Source: Candidatus Hermodarchaeota archaeon
Lineage (GTDB): Archaea; Asgardarchaeota; Lokiarchaeia; Sigyniarchaeales; SOKP01
NCBI GenBank assembly: GCA_048885525.1
Contig: JBHLLP010000001.1
Location: 1 to 64,000, forward strand
Length of the DNA stretch: 64,000 nt
Direction: 5' to 3'
In this document: positions 10,571-20,045 of the stretch, one piece after another
How positions within the stretch are numbered: position 1 is the stretch's first letter
Layout: each line of letters starts with the position of its first letter
Position numbers and translations under genes: made by a program
The notes under the pieces: generated by a model
The model's input: the letters and a program-made list of their open reading frames with translations, nothing else
The model's database searches: none
Told to the model about the DNA's origin: nothing

Positions 10571-11374
10571 TTGAAAACGACCTTACCATTTAGGCATGAA
10601 AATGAAAAATTATATCTAAATAAGATAAATCCCTTAATTCGTTTAATTTTACCCTTTATTCTAGTAATACCTTTTCTTGTTATAGAAGATTTATATTTAA
10701 TATCTACAATTTTATTTGTAACTTTAATCATTGATTTAATACTTCGGTTAAATGTTATAAAAATCCTTTCAAGATTGAAAATCGTTATCCCCTTTACTTT
10801 ATTAATCACATTCTTTATTCCATTTTATGTCGGGGAGTCAGTATTTTATCTAGTCAATATCGGAAATCCAATAATAATTTATAAAGAAGGTTTATATTTG
10901 GCTTCCCTTATTTTTCTTAGAGTTTTTGGATCACTATTCATTTTTATGTCTTTTTTCTCTACTTTAACGTACTCAGAATTTATAGATGCCTTAACCAAAT
11001 TACGATTACCATCTTTTTTAGTAGGATCTTTAATAATAATGTTACACTATATTCCAATCTTAGCAGGATCTAATAAAAAGATCCTAGAATCCCAAGAAAT
11101 GAGAGGAAAAAAAATTACATCATATTGGCAAAAATTAAAGACTCATGCTTATATTATGGGAAAAAGTATTGTAATCAATATGGAAAGAAGTGAACAATTA
11201 TATGAAAGTTTAAAAATGCGGGGTTTTTCTGGTAAAATTACTTTTGCTCCAAAAAGATTAAGTATACTTGACATAGTTATATTAACTTTATTCACATTAA
11301 TGGTTATTAGTTTTATTTTTATTATTAATTTAAAATCACTTTATCAGGGTGTATTTACATTAATTTTGCCGTAG
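10571..11374 (+). CDS. ECF transporter T component (NikQ/CbiQ)
   Basis: INP..RL, SQEMRG and SLKMRGF conserved Arg motifs. Confidence 0.88.
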   Translation: MKTTLPFRHENEKLYLNKINPLIRLILPFILVIPFLVIEDLYLISTILFVTLIIDLILRLNVIKILSRLKIVIPFTLLITFFIPFYVGESVFYLVNIGNPIIIYKEGLYLASLIFLRVFGSLFIFMSFFSTLTYSEFIDALTKLRLPSFLVGSLIIMLHYIPILAGSNKKILESQEMRGKKITSYWQKLKTHAYIMGKSIVINMERSEQLYESLKMRGFSGKITFAPKRLSILDIVILTLFTLMVISFIFIINLKSLYQGVFTLILP

Positions 11375-12117
11375 AAGTAGAAGATCTGAACTTTAGCTAT
11401 AATTCAGGGTTTAAAATTCAAGATGTATCATTTAAACTAGAGGAAAAGGTCATCTGTGGACTTACTGGAAATAATGGTTCAGGGAAAACAACTTTATTAA
11501 AATTAATAGTAGGGTTACTAAAACCTCAATCTGGAAACGTCAAGATTTTTAAAAATGTGCTTACAAGAGATAAAAAAAAATTATGGGAGATTAGAAAATC
11601 AATTGGTTTTTTATTCCAAAATCCCGATAACCAATTATTTGCACCTACTATTGAAGAAGATATTAGTTTTGGAGCAAGAAACTTGAGACTTGAAGAGGAA
11701 GAAGTTAAAAAAAGAGTCAACTGGGCGTTAGACGCAGTAGGCTTATCAGAATTTCGAGAATACTCACCATTTAACCTTTCTTGGGGTCAAAAAAAAAGAG
11801 CAGCTTTAGCGGGTTTGCTAGTAATGAAACCTAAATTACTTATTTTGGATGAACCTTTTGCGAATCTAGACTTTAAATCAATATACAATCATCTTAAAAT
11901 TTTAGAAAAGTTGAGAAGAGAGAATAAAATAACAATACTCTTTACATCTCACAATTTGTTTTTTGTTGAGCATTGGGCTAAATATATGTTATTTTTGGAT
12001 GAAGGCAAAATTATTTTTGAGGGAAGCCCCAATGCTGGACTAGAAAATTCAAAGGTAAAGAACTTAATTGGATCATATGATAATATTTTCTCATTAATAA
12101 AAAAAAGTCAATTGTAA
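11359..12117 (+). CDS. ECF transporter ATPase (NikO/CbiO); true start lies upstream of the ORF-track start
   Basis: Walker A GNNGSGKTT is in frame upstream of 11557; FQNPDNQLF, LSWGQKKR, LDEP; most plausible start ATT at 11359 after GGGTG. Confidence 0.85.
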   Translation: MNFAVEVEDLNFSYNSGFKIQDVSFKLEEKVICGLTGNNGSGKTTLLKLIVGLLKPQSGNVKIFKNVLTRDKKKLWEIRKSIGFLFQNPDNQLFAPTIEEDISFGARNLRLEEEEVKKRVNWALDAVGLSEFREYSPFNLSWGQKKRAALAGLLVMKPKLLILDEPFANLDFKSIYNHLKILEKLRRENKITILFTSHNLFFVEHWAKYMLFLDEGKIIFEGSPNAGLENSKVKNLIGSYDNIFSLIKKSQL

Positions 12118-12183
12118 ATTCAATTCAGTGTTTTCTAATAATTTAATTTTAAATTTATCTAATCTATACAGTAATAAAATTTA

Positions 12184-12580
12184 GTCTAATAACCTTAGAC
12201 ATCTAGTGATTATGTATTTCCATCAAATTAAAGGTTGTTTTACTATTCTTAACTTCGAACTATTTATTTTCTAAATAATTATGTCGCCTGAAACACTAAC
12301 ACAGCCTTTTTCATCTCAAGGAAATATCCCCTTTAAATCAAAGATGTTCTCTCATGTCAGGCATTTTGAATGTTGGGACATAATCATGTCGCAAATCTGG
12401 GTTGCTGACTCTACTTTCATTGCGATGGGTTTTACCCTTGCTCTGTAAAGAGCCCGTATTAGTTTTTGCATTTATTGATTAATAAATTCAGGATATAAGC
12501 ATATTTTTGCGCATCATATTCATTTTTTAGTCGTATGAGCCCTCGATAATGCTCAATGCTCCATCATAATTTTCCCACTA
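12184..12580 (-). ncRNA. Candidate structured non-coding RNA (~400 nt), family unknown
   Basis: No long ORF, less AT-rich than flanks, more than 8 nested helices including 5'/3' end pairing, G-U pairs favour the minus strand, TTATAT element ~20-25 nt upstream. Confidence 0.5.
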
Positions 12581-12670
12581 TTGTAATAGCATATTGAAAA
12601 TATAAGTTTTATTATTCTTCTTCTCTTAATGAATTAGAGAAATTAAAAAACCTGTTAAGTGGAATTTTTG

Positions 12671-13141
12671 CTATAACATACCAAAAGTATCGGACTTAAA
12701 TAATTCCTTTACTTCCTTACTAATTTCTGTTTGATCAGCCTTTAAATATCTATCTAATATAGTTTTAAGCATAGGGCCCCATTTTTTCATTGTTACTCTA
12801 ATAAAACCAATTTGAGCATTTTGATCTGTTACTACACACAACACTCCTTTACCAACTTTCATAGAAAAAATCATACCTTCAAGATATTCTGTTATTTGAA
12901 GATTAATTGATCCATACCCTAAAATATGTCCTTGTTCCTCGCCTGCAACAAAAACAGCACTACCTATAGCACCAATTTTCTCTACCGATATTCCATGATG
13001 ACCAGAAAATTTAAATTTAGATTGACTTAAAATAGTTATTCCTGTATCATCAGTTAAAAGAGCATATTTTAATCCAGGAGCACTATTGATAATTGAAGTC
13101 AAAATCTTTTTTAATTTAAGCTCATCCTCGGAATAACTCAA
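12671..13141 (-). CDS. Roadblock/LC7 (MglB-like) domain protein
   Basis: GLKYALLTDDTGITI..VEKIGAI..G..L..GVLCVVT..AQIGFI pattern. Confidence 0.8.
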   Translation of the reverse strand: MSYSEDELKLKKILTSIINSAPGLKYALLTDDTGITILSQSKFKFSGHHGISVEKIGAIGSAVFVAGEEQGHILGYGSINLQITEYLEGMIFSMKVGKGVLCVVTDQNAQIGFIRVTMKKWGPMLKTILDRYLKADQTEISKEVKELFKSDTFGML

Positions 13142-13349
13142 ATATGTATCAACCTAATATTTAGTTCATCTTTTATATTAGTTTCTTTAAAGTTAAAAAA
13201 TACTTATTTAAACTTATCTTTATATTTTTACCTTACACCAACTTTAGTTAATGAAGAAATTTTAAATATAAAAATTTAAGTAAACTCTGTATTTTTTCTA
13301 CGACACATATTAAAAAATAATATTAGATCCTTTTCAGCAGAGTCAGTTC

Positions 13350-13736
13350 TTAGAAAAGATTTTGTCTTTTAATTAAACTCTTCAACGGTTTCATTCGAGT
13401 TTTATATTCTTTTGATTTATCTAATAAGATCAATAATTTATAATTTTTTGACTTATCTAAGTCTTTTTTGATTTGAACTAGTTTAGAGTCTTCTATAAAC
13501 TCCCTATTTTTAGCAATAGCTGATAAGGCTAAAGTATTCTCAAGTATCCATAACTTTTTCGAAATTTTTGATGCTACAGGAAAGCCATGCTTATCTGTTA
13601 TTATCCCAGCAACAAAATTTGGGAAGTTTTTTTCTATTCTATATAAGAAATACTTAACCTCATTTTCATTAATAAGATTATCCAATATTAAAACACCAAT
13701 TTTATCAATATGATCTAAATGATAGAATACAATCAT
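13350..13736 (-). CDS. Divergent roadblock/LC7-like protein
   Basis: FVAGIITDKHGFPVAS..ENTLAL resembles the roadblock beta-hairpin/helix; true start may be the internal TTG. Confidence 0.5.
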   Translation of the reverse strand: MIVFYHLDHIDKIGVLILDNLINENEVKYFLYRIEKNFPNFVAGIITDKHGFPVASKISKKLWILENTLALSAIAKNREFIEDSKLVQIKKDLDKSKNYKLLILLDKSKEYKTRMKPLKSLIKRQNLF

Positions 13737-13899
13737 TAATTGTTATAATATGAAGATATTATGGTTGATATCTAAAAATTCATATGATGATTTAAAGTTT
13801 AAAAGCATTTTACTCTTCAGAACTATAATGTTAAACCTTTTTCAAGGCTGAGATCAGTTGTAAACAAATAAGAAATTTCTTTCTTAAACTAAAAATTCT

Positions 13900-14877
13900 T
13901 CATTTATGATTTTTTTTTATTGTTATTCCAAGGTTAAGATTTTCTACAATTTCACTGAAGCGGTTTCGAACTGTAACTTCGGTCACACAACTAATACGCG
14001 CAATTTTTCTTTGAGTTCTACGCTCATTAGTTAAAATACATGAAGCATAAATTGCTGCTGCGCATACACCTGTGGGCCCTCTTCCAGATGTTAAACCTCG
14101 TTCTTCTGCCTTCCTAATTATAATTTTTGCCATTTTTTGACATTCAGTTGTCAACTCCAATTCTGAAATAAATCTAGTGAGAAAATCCATTGGCTTAGTT
14201 GGATTCAAATTTAAATCTAATTCTTTTGAAATGAATCTGAAAGATCGACCAATCTCTTTCTTATCCACTCTGGCCACTTCAGCAATCTCATTTAATGTAC
14301 GTGGGACTTTATACATTCTACAAGCAGCATATAAACTAGCAGCAGCTACTCCCTCAATACTTCTTCCTCTTATTAAATGTGCTTCAACAGCATCCCGATA
14401 TATTTTAGCTGAACATTCCCGCAAATTTTTCTGAAGATCCAAGTTTGAAGCCATACGATCAAGTTCACTCAAAGCAAAAGTAAGATTTCTTTCGGTTGCA
14501 TCAGATACACGAATACGGCTTTGCCACTTACGAAGCCTATAAATTTGGCCCCTTAATTTAGCAGGTATTTCCTTTCCAAAAATATCTCGGTTTTTCCAAT
14601 CAATCATAGTACTAAGCCCTTTATCATGTATCATATACGTCATAGGAGCTCCAGTACGTGTTCTCTTTTTTTTCTGATCAGCATCAAAAGCTCTCCATTC
14701 CGGTCCACGATCAATGTGTTTCTCAGAATGAACTAGACCACATTGTTCACATACTATTAATCCTCTATTTTCATCAAAAAATATGTTTTCCCCACATTCG
14801 GTACAAATTGCATTTTCATTATTAGCATAATCTTCCAATTCAGCTCTCACTTCTTTCCAATTTGAAATATATCCCAC
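13900..14877 (-). CDS. tfb: Transcription initiation factor IIB
   Basis: CTECG..VCEQCG zinc ribbon, [10 protein letters not shown]-reader, two cyclin repeats ([22 protein letters not shown]). Confidence 0.97.
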   Translation of the reverse strand: MGYISNWKEVRAELEDYANNENAICTECGENIFFDENRGLIVCEQCGLVHSEKHIDRGPEWRAFDADQKKKRTRTGAPMTYMIHDKGLSTMIDWKNRDIFGKEIPAKLRGQIYRLRKWQSRIRVSDATERNLTFALSELDRMASNLDLQKNLRECSAKIYRDAVEAHLIRGRSIEGVAAASLYAACRMYKVPRTLNEIAEVARVDKKEIGRSFRFISKELDLNLNPTKPMDFLTRFISELELTTECQKMAKIIIRKAEERGLTSGRGPTGVCAAAIYASCILTNERRTQRKIARISCVTEVTVRNRFSEIVENLNLGITIKKNHK

Positions 14878-14921
14878 CTTTTTGAAAAATTTTCTTTTTT
14901 TACAAAAGATCTTTTAAAAAA

Positions 14922-15176
14922 CTAAGCTATTTTAGTGAAATATTTGTCATTAGGGGTAAAGATTTGATTTGGTAATGTTTTAATTGAAATAAAAGGAAGT
15001 TCTATTGGCCCGAAAATATCTTTTATGAATCCAATTTTTTCATATTTTTCATTGAAAAGGGGTTGTTTGAATATTTTTTCTAACTTACTATTCCATTGTT
15101 TCGCTCTAAAAATTTGATGCTTTTTGGCCGATTGTCCAATATAGAATAGATTCAATTTGACCCAATTCTTTTTCAA
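14922..15176 (-). CDS. gar1: H/ACA RNP subunit Gar1/Naf1 family protein
   Basis: KIGFIKDIFGPIELPFISIK motif; conserved position upstream of tfb. Confidence 0.8.
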   Translation of the reverse strand: MKKNWVKLNLFYIGQSAKKHQIFRAKQWNSKLEKIFKQPLFNEKYEKIGFIKDIFGPIELPFISIKTLPNQIFTPNDKYFTKIA

Positions 15177-15328
15177 GAAATCCCCTAGCTGAGTGGATAA
15201 AATTAAAATAAAAGATGGTTGTTAATATTTAAATATAATGGTTTTTGTTTCCCATTCTTACAAAAAGGTAAATTAAGAGATCATTAATCGAAAAAGAAAT
15301 TAGCTATAAACTTTAGATAACAAAATCA

Positions 15329-16429
15329 CTATAAATAATTCTTAGTTAATTGATACTTTTTTTTACACTCACATTCATATTCATTCTTGTCTAAATTGCT
15401 CAAATCCTGAGAGAGGACAAAGTTCTTTAGTCTTTTTTTTGATGAACTCTCACATTCTTTCTTTAAACAATTATGGATCCCTCTTTTTGTTCCAGCCCCA
15501 GAAGGATCAGATAATATTCTCATACCTATTAAATCTTTTTGAGTTAAGGCTTTTTTTAAGCATTTGAATAATGAATAAAACCAAGGAGGTCTATATCGGT
15601 TTTGAAACCATAAATATTCTACGAGTGTTCCTTTTTGTATATTTAATGGATTAATTGAAATTGAATTCACGCCTAGATTCCTTAGTATTTTAATAGAAGT
15701 TGAACAATCATCAATTGCTACTTGTTCATTTATGAAGGGAGGTTTCAATAATAGATAAACCCTTACTCCAATATTGTATTCTTTTAATAGGTTTAAAACA
15801 TCTAAAAACCCTCTAAATAAAATTCCTTTATTAATATAATTATTTCTAATATAATCATTTACAGTTTCAAGCCCTATAGCAATCTCTAAGTATTTTTTAT
15901 CGAAAAATTCTTTAATTTCTTCTAATTTTTCTACAGTTATATATTCTAAACGTGATTCTATAACAAACTCCTTAATTTTTTCTATTTTTGAGATTTTTTC
16001 ATAGATATATTTTCTAGTTTCTTGAGATATTTCATTTTCATCCAAAAAGCTTCCAGAATTGTAGATTTTAAAAATATAATTATCAGAATCTTTCTTAATT
16101 TCATTTATTTTATTATTAAAGGCAATATCAAATTGATTATTAAGAATAGTAGTTGATACGTCTTTATTTATAGCATCTAAATAATATCCGCACATAGAAC
16201 ATCCTCCATATTCACTTAAACCCCAACTGCATCCCTTTGATCGTAAAATAATCGTAAATTCTTTTCCAATTTCATCTATTAGTCTATCTTTTTTAATCCA
16301 GAAACCAATTGGACGCTTAATTACCTCTAACCCATATTGGGGCTTCCTTTTTAAAGATTGTTGTCTAATAGAGTAAATCTTCTCAACAATAGCATTATTA
16401 CTCTCAAAAAGAGTATTATTTCCATTCAT
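15329..16429 (-). CDS. Archaeosine biosynthesis radical SAM protein RaSEA
   Basis: GCSW...GGCSMCGY, KIYNSGSFLD, ESR, GLET, YLLLKPPF, YRPPW, RG.HNC; overlaps arcS. Confidence 0.9.
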   Translation of the reverse strand: MNGNNTLFESNNAIVEKIYSIRQQSLKRKPQYGLEVIKRPIGFWIKKDRLIDEIGKEFTIILRSKGCSWGLSEYGGCSMCGYYLDAINKDVSTTILNNQFDIAFNNKINEIKKDSDNYIFKIYNSGSFLDENEISQETRKYIYEKISKIEKIKEFVIESRLEYITVEKLEEIKEFFDKKYLEIAIGLETVNDYIRNNYINKGILFRGFLDVLNLLKEYNIGVRVYLLLKPPFINEQVAIDDCSTSIKILRNLGVNSISINPLNIQKGTLVEYLWFQNRYRPPWFYSLFKCLKKALTQKDLIGMRILSDPSGAGTKRGIHNCLKKECESSSKKRLKNFVLSQDLSNLDKNEYECECKKKYQLTKNYL

Positions 16430-18497
16430 TTATTTTTACAATTCTCCCACTTTTTGAATTCTTTATAAAATTAGAACCCGTAATTAACACTCCACTTCCT
16501 AAAACTTTTTTCTTTTCTTTATCTAATATCCCTACTTGATTATTCGGAATGAGATTTAAACTATAATCTAACACTCCTGCTCGAAATAATGTGTTTCCTT
16601 GAACTTTATCTCCATCGAATACAATATAATTTGAATTTAAAGACTTATTATATTTAAACAGCCGCTCAAGACCATTAATAGTTAATTCGATTTGTCCAGT
16701 TGTATATTTAAAGACTCCTAATTTTTCTTGAGTTTTTAAGTCCTTCAATTCAACTTGATCACTAATTCTTGTTCGAATCGTTTTTAACCCATTGGAAATG
16801 ATGTTGATGCCTGCATTTATACCAAATTGATAATCTAAGATTTTTATAAATTTCCTTGTCCATGTTTTTAAGTAATTTTCAGCATCTAAATTGATTTTCT
16901 TAGGTTGGAATTTATCCTTAAAATTTGTAATTAAACGTTCTAAAGATTGGAGTGATTTAACAGAAGTTGTATTATCAGAGATTTCAGAGAAGATAAAATT
17001 ATATGGTAATTTAGAAGAGGCTCTTTTTATAATTTCTAGATATTGATTTTTTAAATGGCAAATAATAGGAATGTTTGGATCATATTTTTCTATTAATTTG
17101 ATAAGCATTTTTGATGTAATATTTATTTCTTCACTATCCCATTCGCCTGTTACAGAAATATCGTAAGAATTAACTGGGTAAACATTTTCTAATTGTCTAG
17201 GAATGCACCCGAGAGGAGAAGTTAAAATAAATTCTTGAAAAGTAGGAAATTCTGGAAATTTTCTAATAATATTGTAATACTTTTTATGAGATTTAGATTC
17301 TGAATATGGTTTCTTAGCTGAGCATGGTAATAAAATAATTAATGCTGTCCAAGGTTCAGGTTCAAAATTTTTGATTGCTCGTTCCCTAAACAGCTTGAAA
17401 TCTGGTCTATTATATGATATTGGCCCGTAGGATCTTACTTTTTTAATTTTTTGGCTTATAGGAGTCTCATATTTAATAACATTATAATATTCTTTATCTA
17501 AAATCTTCAACATCGAAATTAAGGTAGTATCATCAAAAGAAGATTTTTCAACAAATGCTCGAAAATCTTCGTAATTCAAGTATTGTTTGGCTTTATTCAT
17601 ATAATTATATGCTGTTATTAGATTATGCAAGCTTAATAAATCAATCTTTTCAGAAGAATATTTATTATTTAACACGTTAGTCAAGTTACCTTTACAGGCT
17701 ACGCATGAACACGGAAGAAATTTTATTTTATAGATCGGTAATAAATATTCTATCGTATCATAGAAATTTTCAGCAGATAAGAACAATAAATATGAAGAAT
17801 CAATAAGGTCTATTCCTAAGTATATTAACATTGGATAATGCTTCGGAATTATTCTTCCAGAAGCCATTATAACTATGTTATTATCTAATTCTAGTTTTAA
17901 TTTAAAGATAATTTTTAAAATATTTCGATAATTGTTCAAATTATCAAAAGCATCAGTTAAATTGACAATTTTTATATTTTCAAATTTCTTAATAATTGGA
18001 ATATAGAGATCTAATAAATCTAAATGTTCAAATATTTTTATAGTTAAACCAAAATTTAGATATTGATGATTTTTTAATATTTCTTTTACAGTAAAAAGAT
18101 AATTTTCTATTTCTCTTTTAGCAAAATTTTTACCAATACTAGTAGTTGGAATATTGAATGGAATAAGTGATATGATATTATCATTGGAAAAGACATTGCT
18201 ATTTTTTATTAATATTTCTTGAAATTTTTCTAGAGAACCAGGATAAGTAAATATAAATCCAGTATTTATGAATTTCTCCCTTATAAAGCCAATTTTCAAG
18301 AAAAATTCTTTAGAAATTGTAAATAGATCATGATTCTCAAATTCTTGAATAAAACTAAATTGCTTCATTAAGGAGCCTTTTATAGGTATAATTATGTTAG
18401 GGGTTGTAATAAATAATTTTCGTTCTTTAGAAAAAATTATTCGCCCTATTCTTGAATAACCAATCTTACTGGATAGAACTTCAAAGAAATAAGTCAT
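16416..18497 (-). CDS. arcS: Archaeosine synthase subunit alpha (TGT-like barrel + PUA)
   Basis: CSCVAC..HNL, LLPCSAKKPYSESKSH, TSPLG.IPRQLE..YP..YDISVTGEW, C-terminal PUA. Confidence 0.9.
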   Translation of the reverse strand: MTYFFEVLSSKIGYSRIGRIIFSKERKLFITTPNIIIPIKGSLMKQFSFIQEFENHDLFTISKEFFLKIGFIREKFINTGFIFTYPGSLEKFQEILIKNSNVFSNDNIISLIPFNIPTTSIGKNFAKREIENYLFTVKEILKNHQYLNFGLTIKIFEHLDLLDLYIPIIKKFENIKIVNLTDAFDNLNNYRNILKIIFKLKLELDNNIVIMASGRIIPKHYPMLIYLGIDLIDSSYLLFLSAENFYDTIEYLLPIYKIKFLPCSCVACKGNLTNVLNNKYSSEKIDLLSLHNLITAYNYMNKAKQYLNYEDFRAFVEKSSFDDTTLISMLKILDKEYYNVIKYETPISQKIKKVRSYGPISYNRPDFKLFRERAIKNFEPEPWTALIILLPCSAKKPYSESKSHKKYYNIIRKFPEFPTFQEFILTSPLGCIPRQLENVYPVNSYDISVTGEWDSEEINITSKMLIKLIEKYDPNIPIICHLKNQYLEIIKRASSKLPYNFIFSEISDNTTSVKSLQSLERLITNFKDKFQPKKINLDAENYLKTWTRKFIKILDYQFGINAGINIISNGLKTIRTRISDQVELKDLKTQEKLGVFKYTTGQIELTINGLERLFKYNKSLNSNYIVFDGDKVQGNTLFRAGVLDYSLNLIPNNQVGILDKEKKKVLGSGVLITGSNFIKNSKSGRIVKINEWK

Positions 18498-18652
18498 ATT
18501 TTAATTAGAAAATATTATTATTTTATAGCAATTTTTTTAACCTTAAATTATGCAATCTCTCAAAGTTATTAAGAATTTAGTCATTTGATTACAAATTTAA
18601 TCTTTATTCTTAATATAACTTAGAATATTTTTAATTGATATATATTATCTTT

Positions 18653-19936
18653 CTAAAAAATTAAGAAATTAACATATGGTTTTAACTCATCTAAAACAAA
18701 ATTTGTATACGTATCCTCTATTTCTTCTGAACTATATAGATCTCTTATAAAAGCTGCATAGTCTTCAATTTTTTTTACTCTTACAATTGCAAATAAGCCA
18801 TATTGTTCTCCTATTCGAAATAGATCAGTGATATTATTGTTCATATCCAATCTAAGCGCAAGCTCATTGTATTTTGAGGGATCTTTTGGTTTTATTCGAA
18901 GGAGATATTTTCCCTCAAAACCAATCTTTTTCGGGAAAAAATTTACGCAGTAATTTAAAATTACTCCCTGTGTTTCAAGTCTTTTTATTCTATTATGAAT
19001 AGTTGATTGTGAAATCTCTGTTTTATGTTGTTCTTTAAAAATTTTACTTATTTCATAAGTGGATATTGGTTTAAGATTTTGGCTATCTCTTAGTATACTT
19101 AGAATTATATAATCAATAGTATCTATTTCAAAATTTGGATCAAATTTTTTTTTGTCTAATTTTACTCCAATTTTTCCCAAATTTCTAATAATTTGATTTT
19201 TTATAATTTTTTTTTTCGGAACATTCTTTAAACCATTAATTACCATTTTTCCATTAGAAAAAATTAAAATTGTTATAGGAGAATTTTCAATCTTCAAAAC
19301 CAGACCTGGAAATTTTTCAGGTTTATATTCAATATCCTCATTATTTTGAGCAATTTGATTTAAATCTAATTTTCCTTGAATTTCGATTTCAATATTTTCA
19401 TTAGATATACTAATTAATTGGTCTAATAATTCTTCCTCAAAAGTCATTTTTGATTTTCTTAAACTAATTCCATTAGTTTTAAAAACTTTAATAGTCTCAA
19501 TGATTTGATACTTTTTAAAATAAGATTTAGCCATTATTTGATCTATTGTGTTTAATATTTGATAATATTCTTTGGGAGATTTAAAGATAAACAAGGCAAA
19601 TAAAGAAAAATCCCCTATTATTCCATCCAACATTCTTAATTGGGGAATTTCTAATAATTTTTTGACTAACTCAGGTTCTTTAGGATTAGTTTTAATTTCA
19701 AGCATCACAAATTTCAAATTATTCGGCCTAATATTTGGATTAATGTTGATTGTGAAATTTGTAATTATTTTTTGATCTCTCAAAACATCAAGTTTATTTT
19801 GAAATGTTTGTCTTGAGAGTCCTATCGTACGGGATTTTTTAGAAACAATAAATTTGGTCTTTCCACTTAAATTTTTTATAAATCTTTGGACTTCTACCAG
19901 ATCATTAATGGAACTCATTTTAATACAATTTTGCAA
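18653..19936 (-). CDS. Tandem Lrp/AsnC regulator with an inserted TATA-binding-protein repeat
   Basis: HTH-RAM + LDLNQIA..EYKPEKFPGLVLKI..ILIFSNGKMVINGLK..LGKIGVK + HTH-RAM; probable start ATG 19918. Confidence 0.8.
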   Translation of the reverse strand: MQNCIKMSSINDLVEVQRFIKNLSGKTKFIVSKKSRTIGLSRQTFQNKLDVLRDQKIITNFTININPNIRPNNLKFVMLEIKTNPKEPELVKKLLEIPQLRMLDGIIGDFSLFALFIFKSPKEYYQILNTIDQIMAKSYFKKYQIIETIKVFKTNGISLRKSKMTFEEELLDQLISISNENIEIEIQGKLDLNQIAQNNEDIEYKPEKFPGLVLKIENSPITILIFSNGKMVINGLKNVPKKKIIKNQIIRNLGKIGVKLDKKKFDPNFEIDTIDYIILSILRDSQNLKPISTYEISKIFKEQHKTEISQSTIHNRIKRLETQGVILNYCVNFFPKKIGFEGKYLLRIKPKDPSKYNELALRLDMNNNITDLFRIGEQYGLFAIVRVKKIEDYAAFIRDLYSSEEIEDTYTNFVLDELKPYVNFLIF

Positions 19937-20045
19937 ATTTTTTAATTTCTATTAATTAATTGTTAAATTATATTTATAAATATTTGCATTTAACCAAAAA
20001 AAGGTTTATTAATTAATTAAAATTAATATTCTTACAAAAAAGAAT

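Noticed and set aside
10459-10809. Short ORF-track entries antisense to or nested in real genes (e.g. 2041, 2775, 8849, 10459, 14177, 34329, 40479, 49443)
   Set aside because: Shadow ORFs overlapping well-supported genes, with no motifs
12352-12471. 39-aa minus-strand ORF MQKLIRALYRARVKP... inside the structured region
   Set aside because: No SD or recognisable motif; it overlaps many helices, so RNA structure explains the composition better (not fully excluded)
12184-12580. RNase P RNA, SRP RNA, tmRNA or cobalamin riboswitch identity for the structured region
   Set aside because: Fragments such as GGGAAAA, GAGCAAG, AGCAACC and GUUCGAA occur, but not in the required order or pairing; no P4 helix, SRP helix 8, acceptor stem/CCA or B12 box
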